NCBI RefSeq assembly: GCF_002075285.3
Contig: NZ_CP021983.2
Location: forward strand, 2,880,001-2,912,000
Source: Halomicronema hongdechloris C2206
Lineage (GTDB): Bacteria; Cyanobacteriota; Cyanobacteriia; Phormidesmidales; Phormidesmidaceae
Direction of reading: 5' to 3'
DNA: 32,000 nucleotides
A program made the position numbers and the translations under genes. Below are positions 16,537 through 25,409 of the stretch, in pieces. Position 1 is the first letter of the stretch; every line of letters starts with the position of its first letter. The notes beneath the pieces were generated by a model. That model saw only the letters and a program-made list of their open reading frames with translations. It had not been told where the DNA came from and did not search any database.

Positions 16537-17364
16537 GCTCTGAGCGGTGGCTATATATAGATCCGGGAAGGTCTGCCGCAGCCAGGTCTGGATGTCACCA
16601 GTGACCTGGGTAGGAATTTCCCAGGGAAAAAGATGGGCCACATTGCTATAGCTATGGAGCTGGCAGTTGGCCAGGTATTTAGCTGTCTCCTGACTCGCCA
16701 TCGCGGTGATGTGGCGATCCTCACGGCCACAGAGCATGAGGCAAGGCATGGTCAGGGAGTCCAGGACCGATGATCGGTCATAGCCCTGGACTAGGGCTTG
16801 GGATAGGGCCTGGCGAGCTCCCCGTGAGGTCTTCAGATAGGCCGGCACTCCTTCCCCGGCCAACCGTCGATAGACTGCCTGGGTGTGGTGCCGCAGTAGA
16901 TAGCGGTAAAGGGAGCGGCGACCGGTTTGGATGGCCCAGTCGCACCCCGGACGTAACCAGTTAAGGCCAGTTGAGAGCCCCGTATAGAGCAAATCTTGCC
17001 AGGTAATCGCCGGATGGCTACTCCGGGGACGGGCGGCCGTTGCCACCAAAATCAATCCCCGGATGCGCTCCGGCTGAGCTAAGGCCAACTCTAGGGCCAA
17101 AATGCCACCCAGGGACCAGCCCAGCACTAGGCATTGGTCAATGGCGCGTTCGTCTAGGAGGGCCACTAGATCGCTAAGATGGTCGCTCATCTGGAAGGGA
17201 TAGCGGCTGCGACTCTGGCCATAGCCGCGCAGATCGGGGGCAATGGTCTGAAAGCGACGGCTGAAGACGTCGGTGAAAACGCTAAGACTGCGACCATTGC
17301 CAGGATGGCCATGGAGGCAGAGGATGGGGTAACCGCTACCGGCGACGGTGGTATGAAGACGCAT
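16534..17364 (-). CDS. Alpha/beta fold hydrolase
   Basis: It has an HG oxyanion motif (LHGHPGNG), a nucleophile elbow (GWSLGG) and a C-terminal His (NVAHLF). Confidence 0.85.
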   Translation of the reverse strand: MRLHTTVAGSGYPILCLHGHPGNGRSLSVFTDVFSRRFQTIAPDLRGYGQSRSRYPFQMSDHLSDLVALLDERAIDQCLVLGWSLGGILALELALAQPERIRGLILVATAARPRSSHPAITWQDLLYTGLSTGLNWLRPGCDWAIQTGRRSLYRYLLRHHTQAVYRRLAGEGVPAYLKTSRGARQALSQALVQGYDRSSVLDSLTMPCLMLCGREDRHITAMASQETAKYLANCQLHSYSNVAHLFPWEIPTQVTGDIQTWLRQTFPDLYIATAQS

Positions 17365-17538
17365 GAACCGTAACCCAGAGAATTAGAGGCACCTTAGCTT
17401 AAGTTCAACCGCATCTGAGTAATCTGCAGCCCCCATTATCGCCTACGGGCCTCTCTATGGAGCGTCGCCGTTAACTAGGGCCTGCTACACTGCTAGGCAG
17501 ATCCGACATATCCTGGCTATCGGCTATTACTAGCATTA

Positions 17539-17874
17539 ATGGCAAATACGGCTCCAGTCATATCAACTGAACTTGTTACAGCCTTCAAAGCCCTCTCGGA
17601 TCCGCTGCGATTGCAGGTGGTGGAGTTGCTACGGGAACAGGAGCTATGTGTCTGCGATTTATGTGACTCTCTAGCGGTAGCCCAGTCTAAACTCTCCTTT
17701 CACCTGAAGACTCTGAAAGAGGCCCGATTGATTCGCTCTCGCCAGCAGGGACGTTGGATTTACTACAGCCTCAATCTGACCCGGTTGGTTGAACTAGAGC
17801 AGTATTTGGCTGAGTTCCGTCGCTTCAGTTCGATGTTGCCGGCCAGAACCTGTCCGCCGGCACCTAAGAGCTAA
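17539..17874 (+). CDS. arsR: ArsR/SmtB family arsenite-responsive repressor
   Basis: ELCVCDLCDSL carries the three-Cys As(III) site of R773-type ArsR. The winged HTH is SKLSFHLKTLKEARLI...GRWIYYSLN. Confidence 0.9.
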   Translation: MANTAPVISTELVTAFKALSDPLRLQVVELLREQELCVCDLCDSLAVAQSKLSFHLKTLKEARLIRSRQQGRWIYYSLNLTRLVELEQYLAEFRRFSSMLPARTCPPAPKS

Positions 17875-18120
17875 TTTGCAAGGGAAATCTTAAAAAAGCT
17901 CCAGGGTGAGCTTTCTCTAGGGTTTGATCTCACTTGGAGATTAACAGATTTTTCGAAAGCCTGGCTCTGACTGCTGTCTAGGTGGTTTGCAAATCACCTC
18001 TAATGGTGACACTGCTTAGCTGAGCCCTGGACTTGTCGAGCCAGCTACTCTAACCGCAAAGCCCTCTTCAGAGCCATACACGTCAAGCTGGGAATTCATT
18101 TCCTGGCCAATGATGGGAGC

Positions 18121-18192
18121 TTGACAAATCAAATTTTATTGAAATGATGGATATGGAGAGACCAGCCGCATCCCGGGTTTGCCTCTCCATAT
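18121..18192 (+). promoter_or_regulatory. Candidate ars promoter/operator region and 5' leader hairpin
   Basis: TTGACA (18121-18126) is followed directly by the inverted repeat TCAA-N6-TTGA (18129-18142). A perfect 10-bp inverted repeat ATATGGAGAG / CTCTCCATAT lies at 18151-18160 and 18183-18192. The -10 element is weak (AATGAT). Confidence 0.3.
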
Positions 18193-18227
18193 TGATATTG
18201 ATTCCCCTCGCGTGAGTAGAGGATTCC

Positions 18228-19382
18228 ATGGGTACAGGTTCTTCAGAGATCAATGCCAGGGCGGTTCATGCCGGAGGGCGACTCGGCTTCTTTGAGCGCT
18301 ATCTCACCGTCTGGGTTGTGGTGTGCATTGTCGTCGGCATTGGATTGGGACGCCTGTTTCCTGGGGTGGCGGTGGCCCTGGACGCCATGAGTGTCTATCA
18401 AGTCTCGATTCCCATTGCTATCTGCCTGTTTTTCATGATGTATCCCATCATGGTCAAGATCGATTTTGGCCAGGCCAAGAAGGCGGCCCAGACGCCGAAG
18501 CCGGTCATCCTGACCCTGGTGGTGAACTGGCTGATAAAACCCTTCACCATGGTGATATTTGCGCAAGTCTTCTTGGGCTGGTTGTTTCGTCCGCTATTGG
18601 CTGGCACGGAGTTAATCCGCGGTGGAGAGATTGCCCTGGCGGATAGCTACATCGCCGGAGCGATCTTACTAGGGATTGCCCCCTGTACGGCCATGGTGCT
18701 GATGTGGGGCTATCTGTCCTTTAGTAATCAGGGCCACACGCTGGTGATGGTGGCGATTAACTCCCTGGCCATGCTGTTTCTATATGCGCCACTGGGGCGG
18801 TGGTTGTTGGCGGCCAATAACCTGAGCGTGCCCTGGGAAACCATTGTGTTGTCAGTCCTGATCTATGTGGGCCTACCCCTGTTGGCGGGGGCCGTGTCTA
18901 GAACCTGGATACTGCGCCACAAGGGTAAAGCCTGGTTCGAGACGGTGTTTTTGAAATACTTGAGCCCGGTGGCGGTGGCGGCCCTGTTGATTACTCTGGT
19001 GCTGTTGTTTGCCTTCAAGGGTGACTTGATTGGGCGCCATCCATTTCATATTGCGCTGATTGCGGTGCCGCTGTTCTTGCAGACAAATTTTATTTTCCTG
19101 ATCACCTACGCCATTGCCCAGAAGCTGGGCTTCTATTACGAGGATGCGGCCCCAGCGGCGCTGATTGGGGCCAGTAATCACTTTGAGGTTGCGATCGCAA
19201 CGGCGGTGACCCTATTCGGCCTCAATTCAGGAGTGGCCTTGGCCACCGTGGTTGGGGTACTGATCGAAGTCCCGGTGATGTTGCTGTTGGTAGACCTCTG
19301 CAAGCGTACGGCCTTCTGGTTCCCTCGAGATCCGGAAAAGGCAACCTTATCCGATCCCCGCTGTTTGAAAGCCCATCTCTAA
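18228..19382 (+). CDS. acr3: Arsenite efflux permease, ACR3 family
   Basis: It is a 10-TM protein with the Acr3-type N-terminus ([23 protein letters not shown]) and the conserved GIAPCTAMV segment. Confidence 0.92.
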   Translation: MGTGSSEINARAVHAGGRLGFFERYLTVWVVVCIVVGIGLGRLFPGVAVALDAMSVYQVSIPIAICLFFMMYPIMVKIDFGQAKKAAQTPKPVILTLVVNWLIKPFTMVIFAQVFLGWLFRPLLAGTELIRGGEIALADSYIAGAILLGIAPCTAMVLMWGYLSFSNQGHTLVMVAINSLAMLFLYAPLGRWLLAANNLSVPWETIVLSVLIYVGLPLLAGAVSRTWILRHKGKAWFETVFLKYLSPVAVAALLITLVLLFAFKGDLIGRHPFHIALIAVPLFLQTNFIFLITYAIAQKLGFYYEDAAPAALIGASNHFEVAIATAVTLFGLNSGVALATVVGVLIEVPVMLLLVDLCKRTAFWFPRDPEKATLSDPRCLKAHL

Positions 19383-19861
19383 TGGTTTCTCAACTACCAG
19401 GGTTGTATTTGCGTTCGGCTACGGTGGCTGATCAACCGTTGATCCAGACATGGTTGGGGCAACATCAGCTACCGACTGAGGACCTCTCAGATATTCTCGA
19501 TTGTCTGTATCTAGGTGTTCAAGGAAACGACATTGTTGGTATAGGCGGTATTGAACGTCATGGGGAAGATGGCCTCCTGCGTTCCTTGGTGATTGCTCCG
19601 TCCTGGCAAGGCCAAGGCTATGGCCAACGGCTCTGTCGTCAGTTGATTCAGCAGGCTCAGTTTGAAGGTCTCCAGGCTCTGTATTTACTCACTAATACAG
19701 CTCCTCACTTTTTTGCCAAACTGGGCTTCGCCTGCATTGAGCGCCAGTTTGCCCCGACAACCATACAGCAGACGACAGAGTTTGCATCTCTCTGTCCAGA
19801 CTCGGCAATCTGCATGCAGCTTTTATTACCTGTTTCCGAATCGTCACCATTACTCAATTGA
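19382..19861 (+). CDS. arsN2: GNAT N-acetyltransferase of the ars-associated ArsN2 type
   Basis: It has a GNAT core (QGQGYGQRL) and the C-terminal pattern LLTNTAPHFFAKLGF...IQQTTEFASLCPDSAICMQL recalled from ArsN2 proteins. Its start overlaps the acr3 stop (TAATG). Confidence 0.7.
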   Translation: MVSQLPGLYLRSATVADQPLIQTWLGQHQLPTEDLSDILDCLYLGVQGNDIVGIGGIERHGEDGLLRSLVIAPSWQGQGYGQRLCRQLIQQAQFEGLQALYLLTNTAPHFFAKLGFACIERQFAPTTIQQTTEFASLCPDSAICMQLLLPVSESSPLLN

Positions 19862-19871
19862 GGTATTTTCC

Positions 19872-20282
19872 ATGAAACGGGTCATGTTCGTCTGCAAGAA
19901 AAATTCTGCTCGCTCCCAAATGGCGGAAGGCTTCGCCAAGACCTTTGGGGCTGGCAAGATCGAGGTAACCAGTGCCGGCCTAGACGCCAGCCAGGTGCGG
20001 CCAGAGGCCATTGCCGCCATGGCAGCCGTGGGCATTGACATCAGTGACCAGACATCCAAGGCGCTAAGCGACTTTTCCCCCGAGGACTTCGACGCCGTCA
20101 TTTCTCTCTGTGGCTGCGGCGTCGACCTGCCGCCAGAATGGGTGACCCGCCCCCACTTCGATGACTGGCAGTTGGAGGATCCGGCAGAGCAGCCTGAGAT
20201 CTTTCCCCAGGTCCGCGATCAGATTCGTCAGCGGGTGGAAGCCCTGATCGCCACCCTCAGCCCCGAGACGGCAGCGCCCTGA
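19872..20282 (+). CDS. arsC: Arsenate reductase, LMW-PTPase family, Synechocystis-type (glutaredoxin-coupled hybrid)
   Basis: It has the P-loop CKKNSARS and the Cys pair in SLCGCGV. It is very similar to my recollection of Synechocystis ArsC. The start is the ATG at 19872. The longer track ORF from 19662 overlaps arsN2 in another frame. Confidence 0.9.
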   Translation: MKRVMFVCKKNSARSQMAEGFAKTFGAGKIEVTSAGLDASQVRPEAIAAMAAVGIDISDQTSKALSDFSPEDFDAVISLCGCGVDLPPEWVTRPHFDDWQLEDPAEQPEIFPQVRDQIRQRVEALIATLSPETAAP

Positions 20283-20551
20283 TATCTGCCTAATCAAGCC
20301 CCAGCCCCCTTACTCCCCTAGATCTTGACGGGCTCATTGCGTCGAGAAGCTGCCAGGCAGCCACCTTGTGGGGGCCATTTTGGTTGTCTTGGCCACAAAG
20401 TCGCCGTCAACATTTAGTAAACTTTCCCCTGACCTGCGGCCTCTGCCAGGGAATGGCGTCATGATCTAAAGGGTCATGATTGACCGTCTTCCCCACCCCG
20501 TCATCGCGGTTACTATACAATGCGGGTTGCGATTATCACAGGAGTGGAGCC

Positions 20552-22117
20552 GTGCAGCTGCTCAAAACGGTGGAAGGATTACACTGCTACCTGGTGCGCC
20601 TGCGGGCGGCACCAGCGGCCCAGACCGTTGGTCTCGTCCCCACCATGGGCGCGTTGCACCAAGGGCACGCTAGCTTGATACAGCGAGCCCGCCAAGACAA
20701 TGACCAGGTGGTGGTCAGCATCTTCGTCAACCCCCTGCAGTTTGGCCCCGGAGAAGACCTGGACCAGTATCCCCGCACCTTGAGTGAAGATCTGCGCCAG
20801 TGCCATGATCTGGGCGTGGATGCGGTGTTTGCGCCTACTGCGGCGGTGCTCTATGGCGACAGCCTGGAAGCCGGAGTCACCCAGGTGGTGCCCCCCCCAG
20901 CCATGACGGCGTGTCTCTGCGGTCGCTTCCGCCCCGGGCATTTTACTGGCGTGGCCACGGTGGTGACCAAATTGCTGAACCTGGTGCAGCCCGATCGGGC
21001 CTACTTTGGCCAGAAAGACGCGCAGCAGCTGGCGATCCTGCAACAGTTGGTCCGGGATTTAAACATCGCCAGCCAGATCGTGCCCTGCCCCACGGTGCGC
21101 GAGGCCGATGGCCTGGCCGTCAGTTCTCGCAATCGCTACCTCAGCCCCCAAGAGCGGCAGCAGGCCACCGTGCTCTACCAAGGTCTGCAGGCGGCGGCTC
21201 AAAGGTTTCAGCAAGGGGAGTGCCAGGGACAGGTCCTGATCGATACCGTTCAGGCGGTGTTGGCTACCGTCCCGGCGGTGCGGCCCCAGTATGTGGAGTT
21301 GGTCCATCCCCAGACCCTGACCCCCCTCTGGCAGATTGACACGGTGGGGCTGTTGGCGGTAGCTGCCCATGTCGGCCAGACCCGCTTGATCGATAATTGG
21401 TGGTTGCGATCGCGGCGGCCCATCATCGCCATCGACGGTCCAGCCGGCGCCGGTAAATCTACGGTGGCTCGCCGGGTAGCCCAAACCCTCGATCTGCTCT
21501 ATCTAGACAGCGGTGCCATGTATCGGGCCATCACCTGGTTGGTGTTGCAGCGGGGCATCGATCCCCAGGATGAGGTCGCCGTCGCCGAGGTGATCCCGGA
21601 CTGTGAGATTCGCCTAGCCGCTGGCGAGCCAGGCACCCCCTTCCCCTCCCGCATCTGGATCAACGACCAAGAAGTGACCCGAGCCATTCGCTCCCCAGCG
21701 GTGACCCAGCATGTCTCCACCGTCGCAGCGCAACCGATGGTGCGGCAGAGGCTACTGCAGCAACAGCAGGTCCATGGCGTCCATGGCGGCATTGTCATGG
21801 AAGGGCGCGATATCGGCACCCAGGTCTTTCCCCAGGCAGAACTGAAAATTTTTCTCACTGCCTCGGTGCAAGAGCGGGCCCGGCGACGACAGCGGGACCT
21901 GGCCGCCCAGCAACACCCCCCCGTGAGCCTAGAGGATCTGGCCCAGGCCATCGACGAACGCGATCGCAAAGATAGCACCCGCCGGGTAGCCCCCTTGCAG
22001 CAGGCTGACGATGCCATCGAACTATGCACCGACGGCCTCACCATCGACGATGTGGTGGCGAAAATCGTGCATCTCTATCACCAGTCTCTCAACGCCGCCG
22101 CGACGACAGCCGACTAA
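20552..22117 (+). CDS. panC-cmk: Bifunctional pantoate-beta-alanine ligase / cytidylate kinase
   Basis: The PanC motifs are VPTMGALHQGH and FGQKDAQQ. A Cmk P-loop (IAIDGPAGAGKST) follows from about residue 300. GTG 20552 is preferred as the start because AGGAG lies 7 nt upstream. The track start is TTG 20480. Confidence 0.92.
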   Translation: MQLLKTVEGLHCYLVRLRAAPAAQTVGLVPTMGALHQGHASLIQRARQDNDQVVVSIFVNPLQFGPGEDLDQYPRTLSEDLRQCHDLGVDAVFAPTAAVLYGDSLEAGVTQVVPPPAMTACLCGRFRPGHFTGVATVVTKLLNLVQPDRAYFGQKDAQQLAILQQLVRDLNIASQIVPCPTVREADGLAVSSRNRYLSPQERQQATVLYQGLQAAAQRFQQGECQGQVLIDTVQAVLATVPAVRPQYVELVHPQTLTPLWQIDTVGLLAVAAHVGQTRLIDNWWLRSRRPIIAIDGPAGAGKSTVARRVAQTLDLLYLDSGAMYRAITWLVLQRGIDPQDEVAVAEVIPDCEIRLAAGEPGTPFPSRIWINDQEVTRAIRSPAVTQHVSTVAAQPMVRQRLLQQQQVHGVHGGIVMEGRDIGTQVFPQAELKIFLTASVQERARRRQRDLAAQQHPPVSLEDLAQAIDERDRKDSTRRVAPLQQADDAIELCTDGLTIDDVVAKIVHLYHQSLNAAATTAD

Positions 22118-24238
22118 TCAATGGCTGCCAGGTGAAGGTAGACCGACGCCCCGGTGGAGAGCCCCGGTGCACCAAGATAGCCACCCACAGCGCTTGACCA
22201 CAAACCCTGTCCAGAGGCGCAGCCAGAGGGATCCAGCTCCGAGCTGAAAACACAGCACCGACACCCCGACAATCACCGTCCCGGGCCAAGACGCCAACCG
22301 ATTCCCTGCCGCCAGGGTGACGAGAGCAGCAGCAGCCCGAAGCTACCCCACCCCACCCCACCCCCAGAACCAAAGAATATCTACCCACTCCGGCCAACTC
22401 CAGGGCAAGGGCGTCGATCTAACACCACACTGAGCAACCTGACTGGTGGCCTGACTATGGAGATGGTGACCCCAGCCATCTGGTGATTGTCAGCCTCGAA
22501 ACTACTGTAGGGGGTATAGAACAGATCCTTGGCACTGGGCGCCGTGGTGCCGATCAATATCAGCTTGTCTTTAACCCAATTAGACGGCAAACTTCCCTGC
22601 AATACCCGAGTCAGGGAAACCTGGCGGGCCACCTGCTCTGGCGAGCGATAATCCAGCAACAACTGGTAGCCACGGGCATCGACCCCCTGATACCCCCCGA
22701 AATTGGAGGTCAGGGGCCAGAAAATCGTCTCTCCAAGTTGCATGATGTCAGGATCCACCTGACTCCCCTCGGGTTCAATGCCCTCTGCCGCCAGATACTT
22801 GCAGCCACCAGCCGTAGGGAAAAGCTGTAATACACACCGGCGCGTCGGCCTCATTACTGGCAGAGGCGAACAACAAGTTGCGCCGAATGACACCGTCGGA
22901 GTCCACCGGGATATCATTAAACCCCACCCGGTCAGAAGGCACGGTGTCAGGGGGCGGCAGGGCTTGATTCGAGGTGCCACCAATGCTGAAAATGGCCACT
23001 AGATTGGGAGCCTGCAGCGTCTCTAGTAATTGGGCATGGCCATCGCCCTGGGGCAGTTCCCGATGCATGTCGAGACCGATGACCCGAGGGTCATAGCCCT
23101 GCAGGATGTCGATGGCCTGGGCTAGGGTGGCATCGGTTGGGGTAGGGCGCTGTAAGCGCTGCAAATCGGCTTCGGTAATTTCCACCAGCAGCAACCGCGG
23201 GTCCGGGCCCAGGTCGGGCTGCTGATAGACCAGCCAATCGTAAACGGCCAGCTCTGGCGGCACAAAGCCCCCCAGCTGGCGCACCCCAAATACTAGGGCC
23301 GTGGCCATGACTGGCGCTGCTAACCGCCACCACCAGGGTTGCCCCCCCTTTTGACTGGACCGCAGATCTGGGACCGTCTCGGGGATATCCACCTCGAGGA
23401 CCAACTGGTCTAGGCGATTTAAATCCGCCAAGGCCGCCTGGGCCGAGCCATAGCGGCGATATACCGAGGGTTGCACTAACTGACGCAGGAATTGCTCTAA
23501 CCCAGGGCTCACCGATACCGACATTGGCCATTGCAGGGGAGTCGTTTCGGGATCATCGACCCAATCCGAGGGAGACTCCCCGCTGAGGGCGTGAATTGCC
23601 GTCATGCCTAGGGCGTAGAGGTCACTACTGAAGCGAGGTTTGCCTGCCAACTGTTCACAGGGCGTATACCCCTGGGTGCCAATCCCCACCGTCAGTTGCG
23701 TATCTGAGGGGCCTGACAGCTGGGTTCGGATTTGCTTGACGGCCCCAAAGTCGATCAGCACTAACTTGCCGTCGCGATGGCGACGGATTAAATTATCAGG
23801 CTTGATATCCCGATGGATGACATTCTGACTGTGGACAAAGCTGAGAATCGTCAGCACCTGATGTAACAGGTCGATGACGTCGGCTTCACCGAAACGTCCC
23901 TTGGCCTTAAATTCTTCTTTGAGTGACTGGCCATCGATGAAGTCTTGCACCAGATAGAACTCATTGTCCTCTTCAAAATGATCCAGCAGGGTCGGAATTT
24001 GGTCATGCTGTCCTAAGGTCTCTAGGGTAGAGACTTCGGTGTCAAACAGGCGGCGGGCCACAGTCAGAAAATTAGAGGTCTGGCTGGCCGGCTGTAATTG
24101 CTTCACCACACAAAGCCCGTCGTGATCAGCCTGTCCCTCTGTGGCCCTAATATCCTCAGCCAGATAGGTCTGACCAAATCCTCCTGATCCTAGGGCTCGA
24201 ATTAGTTTGTAACGTCCTGCTAGCAACGTGCCGATCAT
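22118..24238 (-). pseudogene. Ser/Thr protein kinase with C-terminal CHASE2 sensor domain, with the 3' third broken by multiple frame switches
   Basis: The kinase domain (GSGGFGQTY...HRDIKPDN...DFG) and the first half of CHASE2 are intact down to about 22845. Protein-like sequence then jumps between frames: DAPV / VYYSFSLRLVAA / KYLAAEGIEPE...LILIGTTAPSAKDLFYTPY...QMAGV / HSQATSQV / LLSVVLDRRP / LPWSWPEWVDILWFWGWGGVG / AAALVTLAAGNRLASWPGTVIVGVSVLCFQL / SWIPLAAPL. The lower boundary is approximate. Confidence 0.7.
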
Positions 24239-24379
24239 AGTGACCTTAAAGGACCTTGCCCTGATTCTACCCAGTGAGTTCCTCTGAGATGTTCAGCATA
24301 GACGGCTATTGAACCGAATCCAAGGGACCAGGTAGGATGCTGAGGCATCACAGTCGTTTAACCTACTCTCTAAATCCTA

Positions 24380-25246
24380 ATGATCACCGGTTCGACCCGG
24401 CTATTGGGGGTGATGGGAGATCCCGTAGATCACTCCCTCTCTCCCGTCATGCACAATGCCGCCCTGCAGGAATTAGGGGTTGACCTGGTCTATGTGCCCT
24501 TTCCAGTGTCGCCTCAACACTTGCCCGCGGCTTTGGATGGCTTAGGGGCCTTGGGGGTGCAAGGGGTGAACCTCACCATTCCCCATAAGCAAGCAGTGAT
24601 TCCGCTCCTCTGCCAGGTCTCCGATATGGCCACAGCGATTGGAGCCGTGAACACCATTTGGCCCACGCCCCAGGGCTGGGCCGGGACCAATACGGACGTC
24701 GATGGCTTCCTGGCTCCCCTAGCAGCCTACCCTCGCGACTGGGCCCAAACCACTGCCGTAATTCTGGGCAACGGCGGGGCGGCACGGGCAGTGGTAGCTG
24801 GCTGCGCGCACCTGGGCTGTCAGGCCATTTGGGTAATTGGGCGCCGAGCCACTAAGCTACAGCACTTCTTAGCCGGGTGGCAGACCTCTGCCCTTCAGCC
24901 TCCTCTGCGAGTAGACACCTGGGAGCGGCTGTATGAGCATTTGCCCCAGGCTGGACTCCTGGTCAACACTACTCCGGTGGGCATGGCGCCCCAGGTGGAG
25001 GCCTCGCCACTCAGTAGGTCCATGATGGCCCAGCTGCCGCAGGGGGCCATTGTCTATGATCTGATCTACACCCCGCGCCCCACTCAATTTCTGCAGCAAG
25101 CAGTGGCTGCAGGGCTAACCAGCGTAGACGGCTTAGAGATGCTAGTGCAACAGGGGGCGGCCGCCCTAACCCTTTGGCTGCAACAGCCCGTCCCCATCGA
25201 CACCATGCGCCAGGCTCTCTGGCAGCGACTGTCCTTATCCGCCTGA
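24380..25246 (+). CDS. aroE: Shikimate dehydrogenase
   Basis: It carries the motifs GVMGDPVDHSLSPVMHNAA, NLTIPHK, GNGGAARAV and NTTPVGM. Confidence 0.93.
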   Translation: MITGSTRLLGVMGDPVDHSLSPVMHNAALQELGVDLVYVPFPVSPQHLPAALDGLGALGVQGVNLTIPHKQAVIPLLCQVSDMATAIGAVNTIWPTPQGWAGTNTDVDGFLAPLAAYPRDWAQTTAVILGNGGAARAVVAGCAHLGCQAIWVIGRRATKLQHFLAGWQTSALQPPLRVDTWERLYEHLPQAGLLVNTTPVGMAPQVEASPLSRSMMAQLPQGAIVYDLIYTPRPTQFLQQAVAAGLTSVDGLEMLVQQGAAALTLWLQQPVPIDTMRQALWQRLSLSA

Positions 25247-25409
25247 GCCACCTACCTTGGGGGCGCCGGATCGGGTTAAGCTGAAGTCGGCTTTCAGGGA
25301 AATGCAAGTGATGCGATCGGAACCCCTGCAGTTGAAGCAGTTCAAGGCATCCGGCTTCAGGGGTCGGGTACGTCGCTAGGCAACGGTCTTGCCCCGAGGG
25401 AGGGCATGC

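Noticed and set aside
19662-19871. N-terminal extension of the arsC ORF in the track
   Set aside because: The extension overlaps arsN2 in another frame and is not protein-like. The LMW-PTPase fold begins at MKRVMFVCKKNSARS (ATG 19872).
21499-22044. 181-aa minus-strand ORF inside panC-cmk
   Set aside because: It is an antisense ORF rich in Arg/Ser/Cys/Trp, while the plus-strand frame carries clear Cmk motifs.
22330-22372. C-rich (CCCCA)n-like run as a possible non-coding repeat or G-quadruplex element
   Set aside because: On the coding (minus) strand it encodes the Gly/Trp-rich start of a CHASE2 transmembrane helix (WFWGWGGVG). It is more likely a homopolymer-prone coding segment, and it is noted only as an indel hotspot.
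25322-25364. Possible bidirectional terminator between the convergent aroE and multi-GAF genes
   Set aside because: The stem (ACCCCTG / CAGGGGT plus 4 further bp) needs a 6-nt bulge, and no T-tract follows on either strand.
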